Source: Candidatus Pacearchaeota archaeon UBA73
GTDB taxonomy: Archaea; Nanobdellota; Nanobdellia; Pacearchaeales; GW2011-AR1
NCBI GenBank assembly: GCA_002496015.1
Contig: DAIF01000014.1
Coordinates: forward strand, 891-64,890
Direction of reading: 5' to 3'
Length of the DNA stretch: 64,000 nt
Under the pieces are notes generated by a model that had not been told where the DNA came from, searched no databases, and saw only the letters and a program-made list of their open reading frames with translations. Positions 8,653 through 16,417 of this stretch are shown one piece after another. Each line of letters starts with the position of its first letter. Position 1 is the stretch's first letter. The position numbers and the translations under genes were made by a program.

Positions 8653-10569
8653 TCACTCCATCGGCGTCCCGCCAACCCGCGACCGCCCCGACATCTGCCC
8701 GCCCAATTCCTTTGGCATCCCGCTGAATCCTCCACCATACATAGAGAAATGCTGCTCGGGCAGCATCGTGCCATATCCATAAAAATAACCGCCGGAAGTC
8801 GCATACGCCTGATTCCAATACGGAGACATCTTCATCGAATATATCGGGCTGCCGAAAGATTTCAATGACTGCGCAAAAGGCGTTTGATTCCCAAAAGCCT
8901 GCGGTCCAAACCAATTTCCAGTTTCAATAATCTGCTTTATTTCTCCCATTCGTTTATTGTATTTCGCAATCGCTTCGTATTGTTTCTTCATATTAACATT
9001 TCCCATCCCCATAGGCAGCTCTGTATGTTCCATTCCAAAGTTATCAGAAAGATGTATCTTGTTCACAAACTTCCCGACCGTCTCCGCTTCCTTAGCCAAT
9101 TGCTCGTCTTCATATCCAAATTTACGAAGCATATTTATATGCCCCACATCCCACGTGACGCCAATCAGTTTCTCGGCTTGCCTTTTCGCATCACCCTCGG
9201 ACAAGTGTTCTTCCTTCATCAATTTCTCCTGTAGCTTCTTCTGTGATTTCTCGACAATCTCTCTCAAATCTTCCGCCCTGGCCAATCCGCTCCCCGCAGG
9301 AGGATTCTCAACACTGACAATCGGAGCAGAATCCTTAAATTTTTTATAAGAATTAAACGCAACATTCGCAAAAGTTTCCGAAGACTTTTCTATTCCAAAG
9401 TTCCTCAACGGAGTTAGCGTGCTGGGAGCATCAATTGATCTCAAGACATTAACCCCTTTAACCAAAGTATCTGACAGATTAGCAAGATTGACAGGATCCT
9501 CAATATTCGGAACAAGATTTTTTATTTCGTGCTTGAATTTCTTAAGTTTATCCAGGTCATCTTCTCGCCCGCTCTTCTCGGCAGCAATATAAGCTTGATT
9601 ATATAATCTCTGAAACGCCTGATAAGCATCCCTCAGATAAATATCCCCGTGCGCGAGTTCTTGCAACTGTTTCTCTACAACGAGCTTAAACGGCGCGCCA
9701 ACCGCCTCCAGCACCTTCTGCACATCCCGCCCCTTAAGATAATTTTTATACAACTCAAGCCACTGTTCTTCATTTGTATTCTCTTTCAGCCCCCTATCAA
9801 GCTTCTCTCCTTTAAGCACGCCACTCACTATTGATTGTCCTTGGTACGCATGAAAGGCACAGTTCTGCAACTGGTTAAACCATGTATCCTTGTTTTGCTT
9901 CTCAATCGCCGCCTTTATCGTGTCCCTCTGTTGATCAATACTACCAATCTTGCCATTGCTCTCCATTAAAAGATTCGGCGTCAGAGGCAAAGATTGGAAT
10001 TGGCCGTCATTTGAAACAACCCAAAATTCTTTAATTATTTCCTTCTTCTCCTTTTTCCCGGTCTCAGGATTCACAACCTCATCCAGAATTTTTGTTTCAG
10101 GATTCGGCAAGCCATTGCTTGAATGAAATGTCACAACAAGATTTCCCTTCGGATCCATCTTGTGCGCTCGCTCAACTGCCTGCCACATCTGCCTTTCTGA
10201 TTCTTCCCTATGGGCTTCGTTCCAACCCTGTCTCGTAACTCCGGTTGGCTCAACCAGTGGCCCGTGAAAAGTCAAATCAATCCCAACTAATTTTTTCAAT
10301 CGATGTATCTCTTCCAGATGCGGATCGGGAACGGTCTCCCAAGTCGCAGCAGTAACGCCGGAAACTTCAATTGTTTTAGCCCCAGTATTCAATTTGTCAG
10401 AAATGGCTTTTAGCTGATTAGCCGTTCGAGGATCCGACGGCAACCCGAAGTTCGAAGTCGAAACCCTGTACTGCGGAAACAACCCCGTAGAAAACTCGCT
10501 GGCATAATCCGGATTCAACCCATAATCCGCTCCAGCATAAAATGTATTTCCGTAACCATCTTTTCCCAT
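8653..10569 (-). CDS. Large hypothetical protein: xylose-isomerase/AP-endonuclease-2-like TIM barrel split by a helical insertion of about 280 aa, with a G/Y/S/M-rich C-terminal tail
   Basis: The N-terminal part (TIEVSGVTAATW...LTFHGPL...VVTFHSSNG) and the distal part (VTWDVGHINM...KIHLSDNFGMEHTELPMGMGNVN) together resemble one TIM barrel. The middle is coiled-coil-like, and the final 80 aa is low-complexity GGYFYGYG...GGGFSG. Confidence 0.45.
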   Translation of the reverse strand: MGKDGYGNTFYAGADYGLNPDYASEFSTGLFPQYRVSTSNFGLPSDPRTANQLKAISDKLNTGAKTIEVSGVTAATWETVPDPHLEEIHRLKKLVGIDLTFHGPLVEPTGVTRQGWNEAHREESERQMWQAVERAHKMDPKGNLVVTFHSSNGLPNPETKILDEVVNPETGKKEKKEIIKEFWVVSNDGQFQSLPLTPNLLMESNGKIGSIDQQRDTIKAAIEKQNKDTWFNQLQNCAFHAYQGQSIVSGVLKGEKLDRGLKENTNEEQWLELYKNYLKGRDVQKVLEAVGAPFKLVVEKQLQELAHGDIYLRDAYQAFQRLYNQAYIAAEKSGREDDLDKLKKFKHEIKNLVPNIEDPVNLANLSDTLVKGVNVLRSIDAPSTLTPLRNFGIEKSSETFANVAFNSYKKFKDSAPIVSVENPPAGSGLARAEDLREIVEKSQKKLQEKLMKEEHLSEGDAKRQAEKLIGVTWDVGHINMLRKFGYEDEQLAKEAETVGKFVNKIHLSDNFGMEHTELPMGMGNVNMKKQYEAIAKYNKRMGEIKQIIETGNWFGPQAFGNQTPFAQSLKSFGSPIYSMKMSPYWNQAYATSGGYFYGYGTMLPEQHFSMYGGGFSGMPKELGGQMSGRSRVGGTPME

Positions 10570-10641
10570 TCATAAAATAAGAAAAACCTTTATTTAAAGT
10601 CTGCGATAAATAAGTTCTGTTGAAGAATCAGAAACAAACAG

Positions 10642-11145
10642 TTAAATTTCCCAAGCATATCTCTTCGTCTTCCTGTGCCCGTCGGCAGATTCCATTCCGG
10701 TAGAATATTTCTTCTCGTCTTCCTGTCTCAACGAAGATTCTATCCGATTTGCCTCAGGATAACCGTTGGCTTGCGCACCCGTCGCAAAATCTCTTCCTAC
10801 TCCAACCGAACGAAGAGTCTGACCAGATTCGATATTCTCTGAGAGTTTATATTTCGGTCTGTTAGCATCATCCCCCATCCTTCTGCCAACATCATAAAGA
10901 TGAGCCGTAGGCGCTTCAGTTGTTGCCTCTTCGCGGGACGTTCTTCTAACAGGCACATCCGCAACAGCCCTCATTGGTCTGATGCCGTTTTCCACGGGTT
11001 GAAACCCTGTTCCCGCAGAGACCATCTCTGCTGCAGACTCGCTCTTAGTCAGCTCGCGGATTTCCTTGTCACCTTCAGATTCTCGCTTTATCTCTCGGAT
11101 TATCTTAACCTTATCCTTAATCTCCTTTATCTTCACATTTTTCAT
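10642..11145 (-). CDS. Hypothetical protein, charged and probably disordered
   Basis: A 167-aa ORF rich in E/K/R with no motif. It lies in the same orientation between two large unknown genes. Confidence 0.3.
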   Translation of the reverse strand: MKNVKIKEIKDKVKIIREIKRESEGDKEIRELTKSESAAEMVSAGTGFQPVENGIRPMRAVADVPVRRTSREEATTEAPTAHLYDVGRRMGDDANRPKYKLSENIESGQTLRSVGVGRDFATGAQANGYPEANRIESSLRQEDEKKYSTGMESADGHRKTKRYAWEI

Positions 11146-11175
11146 ATCAGAAAGAGGTCAAACAACTATATAAAT

Positions 11176-12726
11176 TTAAAGATTTATCGTCGGAGGAAAG
11201 GCAGGCATATCGTGCGCCTTCTTGTAAGTATCATAAATCTTCCTGCAATTCAACTTTGCCACAAGTATTGCCTGAGAACGAATTACTTCCTCCCAGAAAC
11301 TATCCTTCTTCAATCCCTTTGATTTATCAACCTTCTCCTCTTTCTTAGCAAATTCAAACAACGCAGAGAATGGATTCACATCATCACTGGGCTTAGAGGG
11401 TTCATTTGCCTTGCTCCCGCTCCAATTTATCTCTTTAGCATCACTCAGAAACTCGTCAATATCGTTCTTCATTTGCTCGATACTTTCAGTTGTCGCCCCT
11501 TCTATCATAGCAAAAACATCCCCGAAGTCGTCCTTGTCTATTTCAGCTTTCAAAACCGCAAGTTCATCCTTATTCAATGCAAACCCGGTAAAAGTCACTT
11601 CAACTCGTCCCCTAAAAGAATAACCTCCCTTCTGATCGCTCCTATCAGGAATACTCCTAAACTTAAATTCTATCAAAGTCATCGGAATGTACTCTCGAAG
11701 ATTCATCGACAAAACGCTCTTTGGCAACTCTCCCGTCGCAACATCTCTCTTAGGATCATATTTCCCTTGAGCCAGAATAACAAGTTCAAACACAGCAGTA
11801 TTGAAAGCATTAACTATATCTGGGTTCCATCTCGTGTCTCCTCCCGCGTTTTGCTCCAAGAACTTGGCTGCTCTGAAATACGGCTTCGCCCATCGCGCAT
11901 ACACCTTTAACGAATTTACCTGGCTCCTTAAATAAGCCCTTTCAATCTCATATCTCTTGATTAACTCTCTCTCAGATTCCTCAACCCACTTCAAATATTC
12001 CGAAACTCTCTGCTCAAGGATTCTCTTGACCCTATCGTTTAAATCCAGATTCTTCACATCTTCAAGTGAGTTAACGACAAAAAACGCATCCCTAAGTGTC
12101 ACATAATCGAAATTCTGGCTTAAACCCGCGATACTGGCGTTTCCCCTCCTCAAATCCACATTATCTATCCATATCTGTTTCAACGAAAGGACAGCAGCAT
12201 TACGCGTCCTTGGATCGCCCGAACGCAGTTCTTCATACTGCCTCAATCTCAACTTGAACTCCTTCAAATCATAAATTATCTGTATTATTGATTTCGTCAA
12301 GACTCCCGCGGTCTGCATCATCTTCATCGCTTCCTCCTGCATTCTCGTAGCTCTTCCTTGCATTTCAGCAAAGAACCCGCTCCCGGCAGAAGAAACAAAA
12401 TTATCAACAAGCTTCTCTGCCTTCCCATACAGATAATTTACATAGTCAAGTATCCAAAAATAAACTGGCTCAAGCGACTGCGAAAACGCATCATAAACCA
12501 ATGTATGCTGCTCAATAGGTGATTTTATGCCTTCTTTCTTAAGCGCGCCCTTTGTAGCCATAACATGAAGAACGTCGTGATAGCTAACTTCCTTAAGCTT
12601 CGCAACCTCCGCCGCCTTCAAATATCCTCCGCTCTTAAGGGCTTTATTCACATCGCCAACTTTCTCAGGATCGCAATAAACTTTAGGATTTATCGCTGCG
12701 ATTAAATTCTTTACGTCAACTGCCAT
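11176..12726 (-). CDS. Large hypothetical protein (516 aa), mostly alpha-helical
   Basis: A long ORF with uniform coding statistics and no signal peptide, TM segment, P-loop or other recognisable motif. Confidence 0.45.
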   Translation of the reverse strand: MAVDVKNLIAAINPKVYCDPEKVGDVNKALKSGGYLKAAEVAKLKEVSYHDVLHVMATKGALKKEGIKSPIEQHTLVYDAFSQSLEPVYFWILDYVNYLYGKAEKLVDNFVSSAGSGFFAEMQGRATRMQEEAMKMMQTAGVLTKSIIQIIYDLKEFKLRLRQYEELRSGDPRTRNAAVLSLKQIWIDNVDLRRGNASIAGLSQNFDYVTLRDAFFVVNSLEDVKNLDLNDRVKRILEQRVSEYLKWVEESERELIKRYEIERAYLRSQVNSLKVYARWAKPYFRAAKFLEQNAGGDTRWNPDIVNAFNTAVFELVILAQGKYDPKRDVATGELPKSVLSMNLREYIPMTLIEFKFRSIPDRSDQKGGYSFRGRVEVTFTGFALNKDELAVLKAEIDKDDFGDVFAMIEGATTESIEQMKNDIDEFLSDAKEINWSGSKANEPSKPSDDVNPFSALFEFAKKEEKVDKSKGLKKDSFWEEVIRSQAILVAKLNCRKIYDTYKKAHDMPAFPPTINL

Positions 12727-12799
12727 TTCATTTCACCTCTTTAGATTATATTTTATAAAATACACATCGAAAGTTAATAAAGATTTCGCGTCAAGTGCC

Positions 12800-12915
12800 C
12801 TGTCCAAAGTCTGTTGATTTTTCCAAACTTTGGGGGGATGGAGGGATGGTCGGGGCGAGCATGTTACGCGCCAGTAATGCAAAAGAATCTAGGCGCGTGG
12901 CTGCAAGCAGAGATT
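12800..12915. repeat. Partial or degenerate copy of the family A MITE-like repeat
   Basis: CCTGTCCAAAGTCTGTTGATTTTTCCAAACTTTGGGGGGATGGAGGGATGGTCGGGGCGAGC aligns with the 5' half of copies 8515-8648 and 14698-14883. Confidence 0.5.
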
Positions 12916-13235
12916 CGACGAAAATCGAAAATTGCAAGAAGAAATAAAGCTTACTTAAACTCAAAAGAGATTTACAAATACTTTGGTGATTAGTACAATT
13001 CAGCACTAAACCCCCCCACAAATATCAAACAACAGGTTAAAAATGCCTTCGTTTCTATAATTGAATCTAAATTCCATTTCTTTTAAGTAAAACAGATAAT
13101 TAGCCTTAGATTCCATAATCCTTATGGAATCTTTCTTTAGCATAACCCCAGAACCTTTCGATCCCATAGCAATACATTTTAGAAAATGCATGAACGTTGA
13201 TTGAACACAGATTTATAATCAATTTTCAATTCATC

Positions 13236-13724
13236 CTACCCTGGCGCTGGCGTACCCCCCGGTGGTGCATATTGAGTGCAATCAATTGTCACTGGAGGAC
13301 AAACCGCTCGTTCACCAGCATCACCCGTCACAATACCTGCAACACTAACTCTTCGAGGTGTCCCTGTCCCTGTCACCGTCCCTTCAAAGGTAACTGTTCC
13401 CAATGATGGACCAGCCGACTCTTCCATACTAGCAACACTAGCACCTGCCTCATTAACAACATCTGCAACTATAGACTGTGCTTCCCCACGCATATTTCTA
13501 ACTCGTACAGTCACGCTATCTGGAGACCCTACAGTCCAGATACAAGAAACTGGCTGAACATCAACACTAAAGCACTTCGTCCTCAAGTTAGTCTCCGAAG
13601 CAGCAGTATCAAAAGTAGGTCTCAAGAAACCCCAAACAATAGCAACAGCAGCAAGCGCTAAAAGCACTATAAGCACCGTAGCGACAATGTTACTCAATCC
13701 TCTTTTGTTTTTTCTTGTTATCAT
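13236..13724 (-). CDS. Class III signal peptide (archaeal type IV pilin-like) protein, paralog 2
   Basis: The N-terminus KNKRGLSNIVATVLIVLLALAAVAIVWGF is a basic stretch plus G plus a hydrophobic helix, as in prepilin-peptidase substrates. An SD-like GAGGT lies 6 nt upstream. It starts 10 nt after paralog 1. Confidence 0.7.
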   Translation of the reverse strand: MITRKNKRGLSNIVATVLIVLLALAAVAIVWGFLRPTFDTAASETNLRTKCFSVDVQPVSCIWTVGSPDSVTVRVRNMRGEAQSIVADVVNEAGASVASMEESAGPSLGTVTFEGTVTGTGTPRRVSVAGIVTGDAGERAVCPPVTIDCTQYAPPGGTPAPG

Positions 13725-13734
13725 TTTTTACCTC

Positions 13735-14193
13735 TTAATTGCAAGCCACCGCCACAGACTCTGGGCAAGTCTCTGTATTACCACTACCATCTCTAACCCT
13801 TGCAGCTACTCTTGCTATAAAGGGCGAAGCCGTCCCTATATCATTAACCTGAGTAGCCTGAGACCCTAGAGCTGTCGTTGGAGCAATTCCTTGAGAAACA
13901 TAAGTAATCCCATTATCATCTTCCACTACAGCAGCCACAGAATCCAAGGTAACCTCTGTAGGTACACTCGTCTTTAACTGATAAGCAACATTAGCAGTTG
14001 CTCCAGAAAGACTACACTGTGTTGGCTCAACAGTAACCAAGAAACATGCATTCCTCAATGAAGTTTGGGAAGCGGCATTATCAAAAGTAGGTCTCAAGAA
14101 ACCCCAAACAATAGCAACAGCAGCAAGCGCCAAAAGCACTATAAGCACCGTAGCGACGATGTCACTCAATCCTCTTTTGTTCATCATGTCCAT
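13735..14193 (-). CDS. Class III signal peptide (archaeal type IV pilin-like) protein, paralog 1
   Basis: Its N-terminus NKRGLSDIVATVLIVLLALAAVAIVWGF is nearly identical to paralog 2 at nucleotide level over about 110 nt. The C-terminal domain is unrelated. A TTTATAA element lies about 20 nt upstream of the start. Confidence 0.7.
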   Translation of the reverse strand: MDMMNKRGLSDIVATVLIVLLALAAVAIVWGFLRPTFDNAASQTSLRNACFLVTVEPTQCSLSGATANVAYQLKTSVPTEVTLDSVAAVVEDDNGITYVSQGIAPTTALGSQATQVNDIGTASPFIARVAARVRDGSGNTETCPESVAVACN

Positions 14194-14210
14194 ATCTAAA
14201 AAAGACTTCT

Positions 14211-14217
14211 TTATAAA
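14211..14217 (-). promoter_or_regulatory. Putative TATA box for the pilin pair
   Basis: TTTATAA on the minus strand lies roughly 18-24 nt upstream of the ATG at 14193, which fits leaderless archaeal promoters. Confidence 0.3.
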
Positions 14218-14264
14218 TGTTTCGTTTTTTCAATTTTGAAAAATTACATTCGATTAAATTTTAT

Positions 14265-14345
14265 TTTTCGACGACGACTTTCACCACCCGCCCCGCCCCC
14301 AATCCCCTCCTCTTTTAATCTCCTCGCTCCTCGTCGCCAATCTCT
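14265..14345. repeat. Fragment of the repeat family G-rich core, reverse orientation
   Basis: The reverse complement GGGGATTGGGGGCGGGGCGGGTGG matches the GGGGCGGGATGATTGGGGTGG core found at 62465 and 41445. Confidence 0.35.
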
Positions 14346-14410
14346 TAACTTCCCATACCTTAAAGCTCAAGTTAGATTAACAAATCTCCAAATCTAAGAT
14401 TCATATATCT

Positions 14411-15023
14411 CTAAAGCTCCCGCTCTAAATTAATTATCTCCGTCGTACTCCAAGTCCTGATCGCTCCTTGTTTCTTGAAATGTTCATCATCTGACCAAAT
14501 ACCATCGTTGGGAACAGAAAGAGCCAGCGCAACAAAAGGGACATCTTTCTCATCTACTTCCCCAATTATCTCTTCAGCTTCTTCCATTTTATGAGCATAC
14601 TTCTCTCTGTGAACAACTTCAATACTCTCTATCAATAAACCAAACAATGTCTCAAACTCCTCCTACGTCAATCCGGCTCTTTCAATTATTATTTTTCAGC
14701 TCTGTCCAGAGTTTTGATTTTTTCTAAAATTTGGATGGTGGGGCGGGTTAGCAAGGGCGAGCACGTTACGCGAGTGCAAAAGTTGATTAATTTCGAGCGT
14801 GGCTGCGAGCAGGGTTTTTCCTCGTAGAGGAAATGTTAGTGGGGATTTGAAAAATCAAAACATACTAACTCCGAAACAGAGCTGTTTTTTCATATTTTCT
14901 AATTTCAGAGATAAGTGTTTCAGGAGCATAAAGAATAAATGGCGAGTCAATAAGAAAATTTCGGGTCAGACCTTCCTTAAACATCCCTGAAAAGACAACA
15001 TTAGTATCAATGATAAAAATCAT
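14411..15023 (-). pseudogene. PIN-domain (VapC-like) toxin gene disrupted by a MITE insertion
   Basis: The N-terminal fragment (minus strand from 15023) reads MIFIIDTNVVFSGMFKEGLTRNFLIDSPFILYAPETLISEIRKYEKT and runs into the repeat, where it meets a stop. The C-terminal fragment (14647-14411) EEFETLFGLLIE...VPFVALALSVPNDGIWSDDEHF continues the alignment with the intact paralog at 15626-16033. Confidence 0.7.
14698..14883. mobile_element. MITE-like repeat, family A copy 2 (about 186 bp), inserted inside the PIN gene
   Basis: Its termini AGCTCTGTCC...GAAACAGAGCT are inverted repeats. The internal sequence matches 8515-8648 and 12800-12915, and the interrupted host ORF is visible on both flanks. 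Confidence 0.75.
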
Positions 15024-15035
15024 TTTCTATGATTC

Positions 15036-15254
15036 TCAGCAATCCCCCCCTCTAACAAGCTTATCTAATTCTTCAACATCTTTCTTTGTCAGCTTGGATT
15101 TATTAGCTATAGCATTCGCTATTCTTATCTTTCTGAGATGCTCAAGCAATGCCTTTCTGACGACCCCGCTCCAGTTAACCTCTCCGTGCCTCTTCATCTC
15201 TTCCTTCAAATCTTTCGGCACACTCAAAGTGATATTTTCCATATGTGTATACAC
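15036..15254 (-). CDS. Ribbon-helix-helix/CopG-like antitoxin (VapB-like) upstream of the disrupted PIN gene
   Basis: ENITLSVPKDLKEEMKRH is a typical RHH beta-strand and helix. It ends 12 nt before the PIN start. Confidence 0.55.
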   Translation of the reverse strand: MYTHMENITLSVPKDLKEEMKRHGEVNWSGVVRKALLEHLRKIRIANAIANKSKLTKKDVEELDKLVRGGDC

Positions 15255-15434
15255 ATAATCACACCATTTAATTTTTTCCTTCTCCCGTTAAATATCATAA
15301 ACGACAAACATAATTATCTCAAACCGCAGTTAATTCTATGAATAAAAAGTCCATCAAAACTAACAAAGAACTGCAAGAAAAGGCAGATATTCTCAAATAA
15401 GAAACCTTAAATATCTCAAACGATAACCAATCCT

Positions 15435-15629
15435 ATGAGTGAAATCAAAATAGAAATCCCTGAAGAACTGAAAAGAAAAATAGAAACCAAAATAGGCCTG
15501 ACTCTCTTAGTTAAAAGACTAGTCAAGCACCTCGAAGAAGAACAAGAAATGATAGACTGGTCCGTAAAACTCCAGAGAACTGCAAGAAAAGGCAGATACA
15601 GAAAGCTTAAAGAAAAAGGATTGATATGA
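15435..15629 (+). CDS. Antitoxin-like small protein (VapB-like)
   Basis: A 64-aa ORF (SEIKIEIPEELKRKIE) that overlaps the downstream PIN gene by 4 nt (ATGA). Confidence 0.5.
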   Translation: MSEIKIEIPEELKRKIETKIGLTLLVKRLVKHLEEEQEMIDWSVKLQRTARKGRYRKLKEKGLI

Positions 15630-16033
15630 AAATAGTGGCAGATTCAAACATTTTATTTACTTTCTTTTGGAAAGACTCATTTACAAAGGGCATTCTCGTC
15701 GACCAAAATTTTGAATTTTTCGCTCCAGAAATAGCAATTCACGAAATAAAAAATAACAAACAAGAAATAACCAAAAAAACAAAATCTTCCGAAGAAGAAT
15801 TCAATTCGTTACTTGGAGAGTTAGCTATCTTTGTAGAGTTTATTCCCCTCGACGAATACATTGATAAGGTTAGTGAAGCAGACGTGATATCTGACAAAGA
15901 TGATATCGATTTCATCGCTCTCGCCCTCAAATTAAACTGTGAAATATGGTCAAACGATCCTCATCTAAAAGAACAAAACAAGGTAAAGGTTTATACCACT
16001 TCAGAATTTATCCAACACATCGAACAATCTTAA
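15626..16033 (+). CDS. PIN-domain ribonuclease (VapC-like toxin)
   Basis: It has the MKIVADSNIL acidic start, a conserved D in DIDFIALAL, and an ATGA overlap with the upstream small gene. Confidence 0.7.
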   Translation: MKIVADSNILFTFFWKDSFTKGILVDQNFEFFAPEIAIHEIKNNKQEITKKTKSSEEEFNSLLGELAIFVEFIPLDEYIDKVSEADVISDKDDIDFIALALKLNCEIWSNDPHLKEQNKVKVYTTSEFIQHIEQS

Positions 16034-16037
16034 AAAA

Positions 16038-16343
16038 TCATTTATGCAAAAACCAAAACGAAAACAACTTTTCATTTTTATCGTCGAATTTTGCAAAACC
16101 AAATCTCTCGAACTGCACAACCGAATTTTCAGAAATTTGTTTCAGAGCCGGCTCACCCAACCCCGAAATCCATCTCCCATCCTCCATCAAAATCCGGACT
16201 TTCAAATTTTTATCTTCGGCAGGAAGCCAATGAATCATTTTCGCACCAAGTCTTGCATCAACTTCCTTAGAAAAAAACTTTTCGTTGTGATTTCCCATAT
16301 CGGCATTCTTGATATTTAATAAACATATATAAGAAACCTTCAA
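16038..16343 (-). other. Stand-alone paralog or gene fragment of the GluRS C-terminal (anticodon-binding) domain
   Basis: NLKVRILMEDGRWISGLGEPALKQISENSVVQFERFGFAKF...FWFLHK aligns with the C-terminus of the gltX product in this window (YVDVRIFMPNGNFINGFGDIGLKSLSVGELIQFERFGFCRL...FWFTHK). Confidence 0.5.
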
Positions 16344-16417
16344 TAGACAAGTTAAACAGAATACTTATCAAATACGTCCCATTTAGACAGAAGGTCATCA
16401 TAAATTATAAATCTAAA

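Noticed and set aside
8548-8868. ORFs 8548-8868(+), 14799-14990(+) and 12791-13021(-) encoding ...AASRVFPRRGNVSGDLKNQNILT...
   Set aside because: They are read-throughs of the repeat-family elements (the same peptide appears at two loci because the DNA repeat is the same). They are not independent protein genes.
8515-14883. Possibility that the dispersed repeats are a CRISPR array or tRNA/ncRNA genes
   Set aside because: There is no regular spacing or direct-repeat-and-spacer architecture, and the copies are kilobases apart. There is no cloverleaf or C/D box pattern. The inverted termini and an interrupted host gene favour MITEs.
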